Part shown: piece after piece, positions 8,788 through 19,876 of the stretch | How positions within the stretch are numbered: position 1 is the first letter of the stretch | How the letters are laid out: the number at the start of each line of letters is the position of its first letter | DNA from: Aduncisulcus paluster | Lineage: Eukaryota | Assembly (NCBI GenBank): GCA_024181965.1 | Contig: BQXS01000115.1 | Location: 1 to 42,292 of the forward strand | Length of the DNA stretch: 42,292 nucleotides | Direction: 5' to 3' | Notes under the pieces: model-generated | What the model saw: the letters and a program-made list of their open reading frames with translations, nothing else | Told to the model about the DNA's origin: nothing | The model's database searches: none | Program-made: the position numbers and the translations under genes

Positions 8788-11700
8788 TTATTTCTCAAAT
8801 ACTCGAACTTCTTCGACGACCTCAGGTACAAGATATGAAGTCCATTGCACTTCAACACGGGGAAGAACAAGTGAGAGTTGATTCATCCCAACATCTTTGA
8901 GGACATCTTTCCTTATCAACACCTTCAAGGATATCGAAATATTATCAGAAAGCTCAGAGATGGGTGTTTGTGAAATTAAATGAACAGGGAGAGAATCAAG
9001 AGAAACACTCTTCTTCTTGCTCTCCGTTAAATTTGAAGATGTCTTATGAAATTTCCAGAAAGGTTGCTTCGGCTTCTCCTTCTCTTTCTCACCTTCTTTG
9101 GTTTCATCACGAGTACAATCTTTACAAGCCCTTGCTGTGTGTCGATGACTTGAATTCTGCAAAAAATTATTCAGTGGAATGAATGCGCGTGTTGGCACCG
9201 ATAGAAGAGCGGATGTAATCGGATGAATGAAAAAAAACATTTTTTGCGATGAAGAAGAAGAAGAAGAGGTTGAAGAACTTGAAGAACTTGAAGTAGAATC
9301 ATATCTTTTTTCAGAACCATGACCATTTCCAAAAAGTTTTCTAGGATGGAGCAACATAATTTCAACGCCAGCAACATACACACAACCTATATTTATATTC
9401 GTTGTCAAACTGATTCTGAGAGAATATAAATGGTACATCGGTTGCAATGAAGGCGAGAGAGGTGGAGACATTAACTCAGAAGATCCCTGATCAACAATTG
9501 TCCCATCACGAACACAGATAGTGCCATACGATCGAATATTCCAACTCTGTTTTTTCACAAGAGAAACTGGTGGACATGGACAAACGACCACTGGCCCGAA
9601 TGTCAAATGTTCGTTCAATACAAGTTCACGTTGGAACTGCGAATTAATGATTGAGAGGAGATGGTCGCAGCCAGTCGTAAAAATATGGGAGTGTAGCGCC
9701 AAGGATAGATAGCGACGGCAGAATATAGAACATGACAGAGGGCGAGAAGGAGGAGAGAGCCGAGAGGGAGACGAAATCGAGGAAGAAGGTGATTGAGGGG
9801 AAGAAGAAGACGAGGAGAAGAACCTCGAAAAGAAACTTCGCTTCTTTTTCATGTGAGTATATGATATTTTTGAAGGAATGCTTGAATTGGTTTGAATAGA
9901 TGTCTTACAAATCTGTGTATAAGGCCAGCGAACAGTGGAAGGAACTCGGCATATAGGTAAACAATCATCAACGTAACTATTTTTAGAACTTTCACTGAAT
10001 GGATGTTCTATTTTTAGACCAGATATTGAACCTTTGTTATAAGAATTAATAAGTAATTGCATATGAGCAACATCAATATCACTCTTATTGCCATAAACAG
10101 ACACACATATCTTCCTGTTTCCCTGAGAAGGGTATGAAAATGAATGATCCTGACCTGGATATGCCTCTGGATGAATCCATTGACTATTGTACTGTACATA
10201 TACCCGAACTCCTACGTCAATACTCTTGCCAGGCTTATCTGTCTGCTTAGGAGGCTTATCTGTCTGCTTAGGAGGCTTATCTGTCTGCTTAGGAGGAGAT
10301 TGGAGAGAAGGCACACTAGAATCTCTACGTTTATCGTTATTATTACGCTTACTAACAATTTCTTTAAGTTTTTGTGATATTTTTTTCGTTAAAGGTTGTG
10401 ATTTTCTCTGTTTCTCACTCACCTCATCCATAAACTCCTCAAGCTCCTTCTGAACCGTAATAGAAGTGTGTTCTGAAGGACATACAGAAGGGATATCAGC
10501 ATTTAACACACGAGGGAATAGTGAGAAACATTCAGATGTATCGTGTGAATGGATGTCTGAGACAGAGCTGAATCTCCGCTTGCCCAACTTGGGTTCTATA
10601 TCATCAAAAGAGGAAGAGGAGGAAGAAGAAGAGGAGATCTCTGGTGTTTTTGGTATCTTTTCTATTTCATCAGTGTCGCTTGGTAGTTTCCAAAAAGATT
10701 GAACTCCAATAATTCTGTCCTGAACTCTCCTAAATAAAACAAGATCAGAATTCAATCTGACGATTTCATTTTGCTCACGTTCATCTTTTCTTACCTTCTT
10801 ATTATCTTGTTCGGAACAGGCCTTTCTCATTTTCTTCTCAATTTTATGTTTAAGTTTCTCAATTTTCTTTTGAAACCGAACTTGTTTCCGAGCAAAATAA
10901 CCATATAAATCATTACAACACCAATTGATAGACCAAGAAGAGAGGGAGAAGGGGGGCAAAGATTCCTCAGAGGGATGCAAAGACTCGTCTTTCTCAGATT
11001 CTTCTTTCTCACCTTCAGGGGGAGGTATAACAATATCTATTTTTGGAATGAGTTGTTTTTCATCAGGTTTTAATAAATTTTCTGGTGAAAAATCGTCTGA
11101 TTCTTGAGTTTTCGCCATGAACATTGGTTTTTGATGTTTGAGTGATACCGACTCACTCCAGCCACACCACAAGGGAGGACGAACGCATACAGCCACACTC
11201 CAACTCCTGGCAGTTACAATCTGAGCTCGAATATGTGGATGGTGTCCTCGCGAGGACCAAGATGAGAAAGTCAAGGGAGGTTGTTGGATTCTTGACGGAG
11301 GCAATGAATATGTGACATTTAATGGCATATCTATATTTAAATCATCAATGGGATCTATTTTTAGTTCTTTTATGAGAATTCTAATCCGAGAAACACACTG
11401 AGACATGGAATGGAGTGAGGAAGTAAGAATATGTTCAGGCCGATATAGTCTACCTGGATGGTACCTTTGTAAATGCGATAGACGAGCAGACGCTGAGACA
11501 TCAGAGTCAGGATTGCCGGAAGTCAAATCAGAAGGCCTTTTTTCCGGTTGTAGAGACTCAGTTGAGTGTGGACGAAATCTAGCATCTTCTTCGCGCACAA
11601 CTTGAACAGCTTGTTCCAAATATGAGCGTAAAATTGCATAAATAAAAGGAACTGGAGGAAGAGATAAAATAATTGAGGAATCTATGGCAGAAGATATGGC

Positions 11701-11883
11701 TCTTTCAAGTTTGACCGAAATACAAACTGCCAATCGCCTAACGCAATCAATTATATCAAATAACAAATCTAGATAATCATTTTTAGATACGAAATATAAT
11801 CCTCTGTCTTCTAATATTGAGATAGTGTGAATTCTTTCACAAACACTTTCTCTTCTTATTTCTTCTTCCCTAAATGATATCAT
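8788..11883 (-). CDS. Hypothetical Ser-rich protein, 1031 aa, with a central coiled coil
   Basis: 3.1 kb uninterrupted ATG-initiated ORF; no domain recognised. Confidence 0.8.
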   Translation of the reverse strand: MISFREEEIRRESVCERIHTISILEDRGLYFVSKNDYLDLLFDIIDCVRRLAVCISVKLERAISSAIDSSIILSLPPVPFIYAILRSYLEQAVQVVREEDARFRPHSTESLQPEKRPSDLTSGNPDSDVSASARLSHLQRYHPGRLYRPEHILTSSLHSMSQCVSRIRILIKELKIDPIDDLNIDMPLNVTYSLPPSRIQQPPLTFSSWSSRGHHPHIRAQIVTARSWSVAVCVRPPLWCGWSESVSLKHQKPMFMAKTQESDDFSPENLLKPDEKQLIPKIDIVIPPPEGEKEESEKDESLHPSEESLPPFSLSSWSINWCCNDLYGYFARKQVRFQKKIEKLKHKIEKKMRKACSEQDNKKVRKDEREQNEIVRLNSDLVLFRRVQDRIIGVQSFWKLPSDTDEIEKIPKTPEISSSSSSSSSFDDIEPKLGKRRFSSVSDIHSHDTSECFSLFPRVLNADIPSVCPSEHTSITVQKELEEFMDEVSEKQRKSQPLTKKISQKLKEIVSKRNNNDKRRDSSVPSLQSPPKQTDKPPKQTDKPPKQTDKPGKSIDVGVRVYVQYNSQWIHPEAYPGQDHSFSYPSQGNRKICVSVYGNKSDIDVAHMQLLINSYNKGSISGLKIEHPFSESSKNSYVDDCLPICRVPSTVRWPYTQICKTSIQTNSSIPSKISYTHMKKKRSFFSRFFSSSSSSPQSPSSSISSPSRLSPPSRPLSCSIFCRRYLSLALHSHIFTTGCDHLLSIINSQFQRELVLNEHLTFGPVVVCPCPPVSLVKKQSWNIRSYGTICVRDGTIVDQGSSELMSPPLSPSLQPMYHLYSLRISLTTNINIGCVYVAGVEIMLLHPRKLFGNGHGSEKRYDSTSSSSSSSTSSSSSSSQKMFFFIHPITSALLSVPTRAFIPLNNFLQNSSHRHTARACKDCTRDETKEGEKEKEKPKQPFWKFHKTSSNLTESKKKSVSLDSLPVHLISQTPISELSDNISISLKVLIRKDVLKDVGMNQLSLVLPRVEVQWTSYLVPEVVEEVRVFEK
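10231..10293. repeat. Three perfect tandem 21-bp units (aggcttatctgtctgcttagg) encoding (PKQTDKP)x3
   Basis: Read directly. Confidence 0.95.
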
Positions 11884-12308
11884 GTTGAATAAAAATATCC
11901 AAATTGGTAATATTAAAGGGTAAATCAGAAAAATAATCAGTAAAGAAATAATTAGAAATAATGATCACTCCATAAAGAAAAAAAACGTCTTAGGAATATC
12001 AATGTTCAAATACATACATATATACTGTTGTAAACTAACTTTTATATTAAATCTTTTCTCGGTCACAACTAACAGAAAAGAAAAATCCGAATTGTTGCTA
12101 GATCAAGATAGCTTTTGTTACTCTCGAGTATAATACATCTCAAATTATTAAAACTCACTGAAAAGCGAATTCTCAGATATTGATATTATCATAATAGCTT
12201 AATTCACTTGGAAAAATCAATTAATGTTTTTAGAAGAAATTGAAATAAAAACAGAAGAAAAATCATAAAAACACTCTTTACTGTTATAATATGGAAGTTA
12301 TTTCTAAA

Positions 12309-12992
12309 TTAAGGTTTGTATTGCATCCTTCTAGCATGAGGATTGATCTCTCGTTCGAGACCAATTGTAGTCTCATCGCCATGGCCAGAGATAACCTTTA
12401 AATCATCCTTAAATTGAGAAAACTTAGCAAAACTCTTCTTTAAAGTGGCGGCATTCCCCTCCCAAAGGTCGGTACGTCCATGGCTTCCTCTAAACAGAGT
12501 ATCACCACTCAACAAAACAGCTCCATGGGAAACATTAAATAAAACACTACCAGGAGAATGTCCCGGCGTATGGATTACTTCAAGATCAGACTCTCCGAGA
12601 GGTAAGATTTGTCCATCTTTTAATACCAATTCGCAATCAGGCACTGTCCCCATCGAAGGTAAACCAAATAACATAGGTTGTTTGGGAATATCTTTATACA
12701 AATGTAAGTCAGCTTCATGCACTGCAACCTTGGCTGTTGGGAAAGATTTCTTCACTGTTGTGAAGCCACAACAATGGTCAAAATGCCCATGGGTTGCAAG
12801 AATATACTTGATATCATACTTTTTAGATGAAATAACCCCCATAAAACTTTTTGGAGGATCTCCACCAGCATCCACGATCGCAGCAGCTTTCGAAGCTTTA
12901 TCAGCAACGAGAATACAATTTGTACTTAGCATTCCGACTGTAGACACAATCACATGTAATTTTTCATCATCTAATATTGTTCTTATGCTCAT
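12309..12992 (-). CDS. Metallo-beta-lactamase-fold hydrolase, glyoxalase II-like (YcbL/GloC type), 227 aa
   Basis: Motifs TNC, IVDAGG, THGHFDH (HxHxDH), HTPGHSPGS, SGDTLFRGSHGRTDL, GHG and TTIGLERxxNP. Confidence 0.92.
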   Translation of the reverse strand: MSIRTILDDEKLHVIVSTVGMLSTNCILVADKASKAAAIVDAGGDPPKSFMGVISSKKYDIKYILATHGHFDHCCGFTTVKKSFPTAKVAVHEADLHLYKDIPKQPMLFGLPSMGTVPDCELVLKDGQILPLGESDLEVIHTPGHSPGSVLFNVSHGAVLLSGDTLFRGSHGRTDLWEGNAATLKKSFAKFSQFKDDLKVISGHGDETTIGLEREINPHARRMQYKP

Positions 12993-13156
12993 TGATTCAG
13001 CACTTGGGATAACAAAACAGAAAGATCAAGTTTCAGACAATCCACAATTAGAGGTATTTCAAAATTGTTCTCGAGTTTTTAAAATCGTGGTTTCACATCA
13101 GCATTATCAGAATAAAATATAAAAAACAGCAAATTTAATTATTATCATGAATCCTT

Positions 13157-16100
13157 TTATTTTAGGAATTTGGAAGAACTAATTGCTTCGCAATGAGCCT
13201 CATAACCACACAAATAGTCATTGGCAATGTATCTCTTCTCCTTTGCAATTTTTAATTTTAACATAATGTTGTTTGCAGCACGAAGAACAGAGCAGAACAT
13301 TTCAAATGATTCAGGCTCAAGAGATTCCTTCACAATATCATAATCAACACCAATATTTTTAAGGATTGACATGGGTTTAAAGAATTTAGAGGTGACAACG
13401 GGCTGGACACGGAACAAAATGATCATGGCTTTCAAACCCAAAATAACATTAGGAGAATAAGAATGCTTGGGAGGCAGAATAATCTCTTCCTCTTCTTTCT
13501 CTTCCTCTTCTTTCTCTTCTTCCTTCTTTTCTTCTCCCTCTTCCTTTGCGGCCTTTTCTTCCGCAAGTTTCTCTTTCTTTTCTAAATTATTGGTATACTT
13601 TCTGATTGGAATCTTGGCCATATTCCAGATCTTTCCCATATCACTCGCAGTAGACAGACCGAACAACTCACTGTCGGCTCCATCCGCTACACAAATATCA
13701 CTCCATGTGAGCACACCGTCATAGACAGCGGCCAACAATGGAATAGTTGCCGTGGCAAGTGAGATCTTCTCAGGAATCTCATCTTTCTTGAGGTAGCCCT
13801 CTGAAACAAGGATCTCACACTGCTTTGCAGAGAGAATAGCCGGGAAGACTTCGAACTTATCCCCAGGGAAGAACAACTTTCTCATGTTCATTGTATATTG
13901 GTCGACACTTCCAACGGCAGGATAGGACAAGAGTGAGAGCCTGGACATCACTGCAGCAATACGAAGAGGACCAGCTATGGAAAAGACCTTGTGACGGATC
14001 AACTTCAATCCCTTGGACTGGGCATCCCCAAGACAGTTGCAATTGTGAAGAAGCACACAGATTGTACGTGACATAATGTATTCACGACAGTCACCCCAGC
14101 ATCTCCAATGTTTCATGACACCACCAACATGCTCACCGACCATCTCAGCAAAAGAAATGTTCGTACCTTCGAGATTCCTCACATAACACATGCACGCAGT
14201 AAGAAGCTGGATTCCAAGTTCCCAGTGCATAACATTTGAGGGAGGTCTGGCACATTTCAAGGCCATGAGGAGATGAGTGTAACGATCAGCACGATCGGCA
14301 TCACTCGATGAAGAAGAAGAAGTGAAGTAAGTCGTATTCTTCACACTTCTACAGAAAGTGGTCACAACACGCATGAGAGAGGCAGAACCAATGTTGAAGA
14401 AAATCCCAGACAGAGGGAACAAAGATTCTTGGAGTTGTTTCTCAGCTCTATAAATAACAGGAGAGATAAGAGATTCAAAACCATACCCATTTGAGGCATC
14501 TTTCTTCTCAAGGATATCTTTCTCAACAATTCGAGCCTCTCCATCGACATTTTCCTCAACATTTTCCAAGATAGTCCTTGTTGCAATGTCTTCATGTCCA
14601 AATTCAACAGGATCATCCTCTTCATACGCGAGTCCAAGTCCCATGACAGCGTGTGAGGACAGGGAAGCAGCAAACATACAGACACATCGGTGCACAGAAG
14701 CGGCAGTAATATCATTGACAGTCAAATACCATTTATAAACAGCACAAATAACATTTTCCCACACGGAATTGGGCAAGACAAAAGGAGGAAGACACGAAAT
14801 GTTCATAAATGTAGAGATCATACCAAGCTGTTCTCCAATCACACCCTTTCCGGCGGCCCAAGCTTCCTTGAATAAACTACCATAAGGATCACGCGAGAAG
14901 ATGTTACAAATGTTGAGGGCAGCATACTCATACACACTGGCGTCAAGAGTTCGAAGTGCAAGAACAGCTTCACTGAGCATTGTCATGGGTTTGGTGGCCG
15001 AGGCATCAATAAGTTTCTTTCCAAACTCACGCTCTTCATCCGTGAGAGGCTTTGGATGGGGCTTAGAAAGATCATCAGAGGGAGGGAGGATATCAGCAAT
15101 GAAGGGAAAAGCTGAGTCAGAGTAATGTCTCATCTTTTCCTCGTGTTCGTAAGAAAGACTGACCTTTGAGCTCTCTGGGGAGGAAGATACAGGGCATGAT
15201 CCCACTGATTCGAAGAATTGAGAGTCTTTTCCAGACCAATAGGCCTTCATACTTTCCCGTTTAGCGCGGAATATGAGACTTTCCTTTTTCATTGCAGCAA
15301 CCATTGGGATGAACTTTTCATCGATTTGCTTTTGTCTCTCGATTTCAACGCTTGAAAGGCTAGGAATGGAACACTCAGGATGCTTTGAATGAGTAACTCC
15401 AAACACATTCATGGCATGTAACATCACACCAAGTCCGTAACGGTTCCCCATCACGAGTTGTGAGAGAGTTCTTGAAACGTTCAAAAGGAACATACCATTT
15501 ACGGAGGTAAAGAGGGGAGTGTAACAGAGACGAACAGAGTCGAACAGAGTTTCTTGATTGGCATCCTTGTCAGACTTCTTCAACTCGACCTCAATGGCAT
15601 TCAATAGCATGATATCAACCATGGAGACAGAGTTATTAACAGAAACGTGGGAAGAATACTTGTGGAGGTTCTTTAAATATAGCAATAAGCGATCTTTTCC
15701 ATCCCCAATATCCAAAACACTGGGTAACCCCTGAGAGTGGAGCAAATCATTGAATTCAGACTCAGAGACAGGGTGTCCCAACGCCTCTTCCTTGGACTCC
15801 ACTCCCTTAACAATACTCTCGATCTTCCTCTTCTGTTCACTCTCAAGCAAACGTTTCCATCTCTGCATTTCCTTGGTAATAGCTCCCTTACTCTTGTTCT
15901 TTTGGGAGGTTGAGGACACATCTTTGACGATTTTGGATTCTGAGAATGCCTCAAGTTTACCGCTTGCACAGAGAAGAACGTAAGACATCAACAAACCACA
16001 CATGAATTCGGCAACATGCTCATGATTGGACACACCCATCGTACAAGAGGAGAATCTCATATCATTGACACAGACATCAAGGAAAGAGTTGATAGGGGAG

Positions 16101-17251
16101 GTCTCGGTGGGGGCATAGGGGGTAAAGAAGGTTGTGATAGGGTTGAAACATTCCTTTTTGGGGACAATTAAACTGAGATCAGATAATTTATAGTCACATC
16201 CAGGATCGGACTCCTCTTCTTCTTTCTCGCTTCCTTTAGTCTTCTTTTGCTCTTTTTGCCACTCAAAGAATTGTTTTCTTCTTCTCTCCTGGGAGTAAAC
16301 AAATTCATCAGAGCTAGAATCAAAACCAAACTTAGTGAAAACAATGGAATCATACATGGGATCAAAAAGGACAATATCACCAGTAGGGGAACTGCCGGCT
16401 GGTCTTTTCAATCTACGAACGGCAAAATCACTCAGACATACGTCACCAGCGAAGAGAGAGGTCTCTTGAGGTTTAAAAGCAGATGCACCACCTCCAAAAA
16501 CATCTTGGAGAATTGGATGAATGTTATCGGAATCAGTTGGTTCTCTTAAGACAGCTTTTGGGTCTTTGGAGAGTGAAGAAAGGATGTGAGATCTGGATTT
16601 GTTTGAGAAACCCTCAACAACCACAAAGCTAGCCTCAGTGCTTTCATCTGTGCCCTCAGCTTCAGCACGTCCAATATCTAAAGCACATGAAGTAACAATA
16701 TCGTGGAAAATTGAAAAAAGACTCTGCATTTTGACGGATGATGAAACCTCACTAGTATCAGAAGGTAAACGGGAGATATCTTGGGCAACTGATGTTAAAG
16801 AGTGAAGAGGTTCTCTGACAATACCAAAAATCGGAGTTTCTTTGGTTAATTTCTGAAATTCATTGGGAATTGAAGTGACAGAAGGAACTTTGGCAGGAAT
16901 GGTGTCAACAATTCCAAAGATCATTGGAATGTGTGGAATAACCTGAGGATTATCATTCCATGCTTCACGATTTTGGTGAACAAAATCAATCACTTGGAGA
17001 GCCCTATCGATTTCATCTAAAGTGAAGGAACAACAAGATAAGTATACTTCAACAACGACAGGAATAGAAACAGTTTGGGTAACATCCATTAAACCTAACA
17101 AATTTCTTTGGGAAGCAAGTATTGTAGACACTTTCGTTTCATAAACTGCAGAATATAAAGAACATTCCAATTTTTTAGAAATGAATTTAAAATGATGCAA
17201 CTTTCCGGAAGAAATAGAATATTTCTTCTTATCTCCTAAACTAGAAGTCAT
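13157..17251 (-). CDS. Large hypothetical protein, about 1364 aa (alternative ATG 17350); possible degenerate kinase fold in the N-terminal half, helical C-terminal half
   Basis: 4.1 kb uninterrupted ORF. ATG 17251 is preferred because the upstream extension resembles intergenic sequence. Confidence 0.8.
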   Translation of the reverse strand: MTSSLGDKKKYSISSGKLHHFKFISKKLECSLYSAVYETKVSTILASQRNLLGLMDVTQTVSIPVVVEVYLSCCSFTLDEIDRALQVIDFVHQNREAWNDNPQVIPHIPMIFGIVDTIPAKVPSVTSIPNEFQKLTKETPIFGIVREPLHSLTSVAQDISRLPSDTSEVSSSVKMQSLFSIFHDIVTSCALDIGRAEAEGTDESTEASFVVVEGFSNKSRSHILSSLSKDPKAVLREPTDSDNIHPILQDVFGGGASAFKPQETSLFAGDVCLSDFAVRRLKRPAGSSPTGDIVLFDPMYDSIVFTKFGFDSSSDEFVYSQERRRKQFFEWQKEQKKTKGSEKEEEESDPGCDYKLSDLSLIVPKKECFNPITTFFTPYAPTETSPINSFLDVCVNDMRFSSCTMGVSNHEHVAEFMCGLLMSYVLLCASGKLEAFSESKIVKDVSSTSQKNKSKGAITKEMQRWKRLLESEQKRKIESIVKGVESKEEALGHPVSESEFNDLLHSQGLPSVLDIGDGKDRLLLYLKNLHKYSSHVSVNNSVSMVDIMLLNAIEVELKKSDKDANQETLFDSVRLCYTPLFTSVNGMFLLNVSRTLSQLVMGNRYGLGVMLHAMNVFGVTHSKHPECSIPSLSSVEIERQKQIDEKFIPMVAAMKKESLIFRAKRESMKAYWSGKDSQFFESVGSCPVSSSPESSKVSLSYEHEEKMRHYSDSAFPFIADILPPSDDLSKPHPKPLTDEEREFGKKLIDASATKPMTMLSEAVLALRTLDASVYEYAALNICNIFSRDPYGSLFKEAWAAGKGVIGEQLGMISTFMNISCLPPFVLPNSVWENVICAVYKWYLTVNDITAASVHRCVCMFAASLSSHAVMGLGLAYEEDDPVEFGHEDIATRTILENVEENVDGEARIVEKDILEKKDASNGYGFESLISPVIYRAEKQLQESLFPLSGIFFNIGSASLMRVVTTFCRSVKNTTYFTSSSSSSDADRADRYTHLLMALKCARPPSNVMHWELGIQLLTACMCYVRNLEGTNISFAEMVGEHVGGVMKHWRCWGDCREYIMSRTICVLLHNCNCLGDAQSKGLKLIRHKVFSIAGPLRIAAVMSRLSLLSYPAVGSVDQYTMNMRKLFFPGDKFEVFPAILSAKQCEILVSEGYLKKDEIPEKISLATATIPLLAAVYDGVLTWSDICVADGADSELFGLSTASDMGKIWNMAKIPIRKYTNNLEKKEKLAEEKAAKEEGEEKKEEEKEEEEKEEEEIILPPKHSYSPNVILGLKAMIILFRVQPVVTSKFFKPMSILKNIGVDYDIVKESLEPESFEMFCSVLRAANNIMLKLKIAKEKRYIANDYLCGYEAHCEAISSSKFLK

Positions 17252-17884
17252 ATTGTTATATAATGTGATCAAAATGGCGCAAAGATGCAATTCATTTTTT
17301 TGTCGTTCCCGAATAACGAACATACAATGGTGATGAATCAATAATGACATATAAAAATTCTATATTTTATTGTTTATTCTTTTAGATTCCTTTCTGTTGT
17401 ATTTTTTGCGACGTATTACAGGGGAAACGGATGATTCTTCCCAAAATCAGGAGTCGCACCAACTTCAACCCAGGTTTGAAATCGTTAGAATTAATCAGGA
17501 CAACAATTTATTGTTGATTTTCCGAGAATATAATAAATTAAAATACCGATTCTAGATTATCTAGATCTTCATAAAAGGACTACTATTAATATTCACTGCT
17601 AGTGATTGCAGCGGATATAAATATGAATAAAAACAATAAAAATTCAGGTAAAAAAACGTAAAAAAGGAATGGAAGGAAATATAAATAAATAAATTAGGGG
17701 ATTACAATAAATAAGGAAATTTGGTAAATAAATGAGGGAGTTTAGGTAAGGGAACAAAATAAAAGGGGATTTTTTTTAAAAGTAATAGCTAAAAATAGGT
17801 TGGAATTGGATTTATAAAACCGGGTGATGGATTTAATAATAATATAAAACAACATCAGGGAAAGAGTGAGCAAATGGAAGGACA

Positions 17885-19469
17885 TTACTTCATACTACCT
17901 TCAAAGCTAATGGAATCTACACGAGAATAAGACCCAGACTTTGACAAGGAAGATCCTTTCGATTTGCCACCCCTTTTCTTGGGTGAATGGAGAATAACAT
18001 CAGAGGCTCTCTTACTCAGGGAATACACGAGCTCTCTGTACTGAGAAATAGGATATTGAATTCTTTCACAAAGGGGAAGAAGAACAGGCTTTAGGAGAAG
18101 GGGGACGGGAGCAACGGGGAAAGACATGACATCTCGTCCTGGGGAACCCTCTCCACGGGCAAAAGAAGCAATGAACGGGTGATGAAGGGCATCAAGCGCG
18201 GTCATACGGTCTTTGGGTGAATATTTAAGCAAACGGGCCAAGAAATCAATCGCCGAGGAAGGAACATCGGGAATGAGACGAGCGAGTTTTGAGAAAGTAG
18301 AAGCCAAGGGAGCAGATTTGGCGAAACGAGCTTTCAAGGCTGGGCAAGAAGCAATTTCAGGAATAGTAACGGTCCGAGTAGGGACTCTCTGCTTCAAATC
18401 ACAGCCAATTGAAATCAAAATCTCTTTGGCTCGTGGAGCTTCGAAATCAGCAATTTCTCGTTCAAACGGAAGACCAATCATCTTCACAATGCGGGTCAAT
18501 TGGTTGATATTCGAAGATCCTGGGAAAAGAGCCCTTCCCAAGAGAAGCTCAGCAAAAGTGCAGCCTAACGACCACATATCAACAGATGGACCATATTGGG
18601 GAGCCGATACAAGAATTTCAGGAGCTCTGTACCACCTAGTAGCGATATGATCGGTCATTATTTCTTTATCAGAGAATTCATCGCGAGAATCTTTAGCAAT
18701 GGAACGAGCAAGGCCAAAATCAGCTAACTTACACGCACAACATGAATCAATAAGAATATTAGCAGGTTTTATGTCTCGGTGAATGACGTCACCACTGTGA
18801 AGATAAGCAAGAGTGGCAACAAGCTGAAACATAACATATTGAATATGAATTGACTCAAGTATCCTTGCTTTGCACACAGCTCTAAGATCTGCGGCCATAT
18901 ACTCAAAAACAAGATAAACATCAGTCTCATTATCAGCTTTCACAACATTCAAGAGCTTGACAATGTTATAATGCTTAAATGTCTTTAAGAGATATATTTC
19001 ACGGAAGATTTTCTGGGCGTCTCTGGTAGTAGATCCAAAAGCTTTAACTTTCTTGATGGCAACATATTGCTTGGTCCGTTTATCAAAGGCTTTGTAAACA
19101 ACACCGTAAGCACCACGTCCAAGTTCTTCTTTAAAGGAGTAACGAGAAAAAAGGAGAAGACCCTCTTCAAAGCTCTTTGGAGAAGANNNNNNNNNNNNNN
19201 NNNNNNACAATGTTATAATGCTTAAATGTCTTTAAGAGATATATTTCACGGAAGATTTTCTGGGCGTCTCTGGTAGTAGATCCAAAAGCTTTAACTTTCT
19301 TGATGGCAACATATTGCTTGGTCCGTTTATCAAAGGCTTTGTAAACAACACCGTAAGCACCACGTCCAAGTTCTTCTTTAAAGGAGTAACGAGAAAAAAG
19401 GAGAAGACCCTCTTCAAAGCTCTTTGGAGAAGACTTTGAGGGGTTGGATTTTAATACTGTAGTGGTCAT
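17885..19469 (-). CDS. MAPK15: MAP kinase, ERK7/MAPK15-like, about 445 aa once the 247-nt gap artefact is removed; activation loop TDH
   Basis: LGRGAYGVVYKA, VAIKKV, DAQKIFREI, LLNVVKADNETDVYLVFEYMAADL, YLHSGDVIHRDIKPANIL, DFGLARS, ATRWYRAPEIL. The DAQxxFREI and A-D/E-N-x-x-D-x-YLVFE motifs are ERK7/8-type. Confidence 0.85.
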
Positions 19470-19836
19470 GAAAAATAAATTAGGCGAAATAAATTCAAAA
19501 TAACAAAAAATGGAAAAAAAATGGAAATGGAAGTGGTCTTGGTCACCAAAAACGAGGGACAATTTTTTTTTGATGTGTGAATCCGACAAAGAAAATTCCA
19601 CATAAAAATCGAAGAATTCTCAAATATCATCCATTAAATTGAATTTTAAAAATAAATTGGAATTTTATTTCTTTCTATTTTGAACAGTATGGCATGATTT
19701 CAAAAACCAAAATAATCATGTCAACTTCCATATCTCAACTTGAATGAAAACTCTTTTTATATTTGCTCTTCTATGATGTTATATGTGAAGAGTTGGGGGT
19801 TTGGTTCTTCCTAAAATGTTCTTATTCTGAGATAGG

Positions 19837-19876
19837 CTGAAGACCTAACTTAGGTAACTTGAAGTTAGGTCTTCAG
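19837..19876. repeat. Perfect 15-bp inverted repeat with a 10-nt loop
   Basis: ctgaagacctaactt (19837-19851) / aagttaggtcttcag (19862-19876). Confidence 0.95.

Noticed and set aside
12445..13122. 225-aa ORF antisense to the MBL hydrolase
   Set aside because: Codon-aligned shadow of a well-supported gene, with a GTG start and no motifs.
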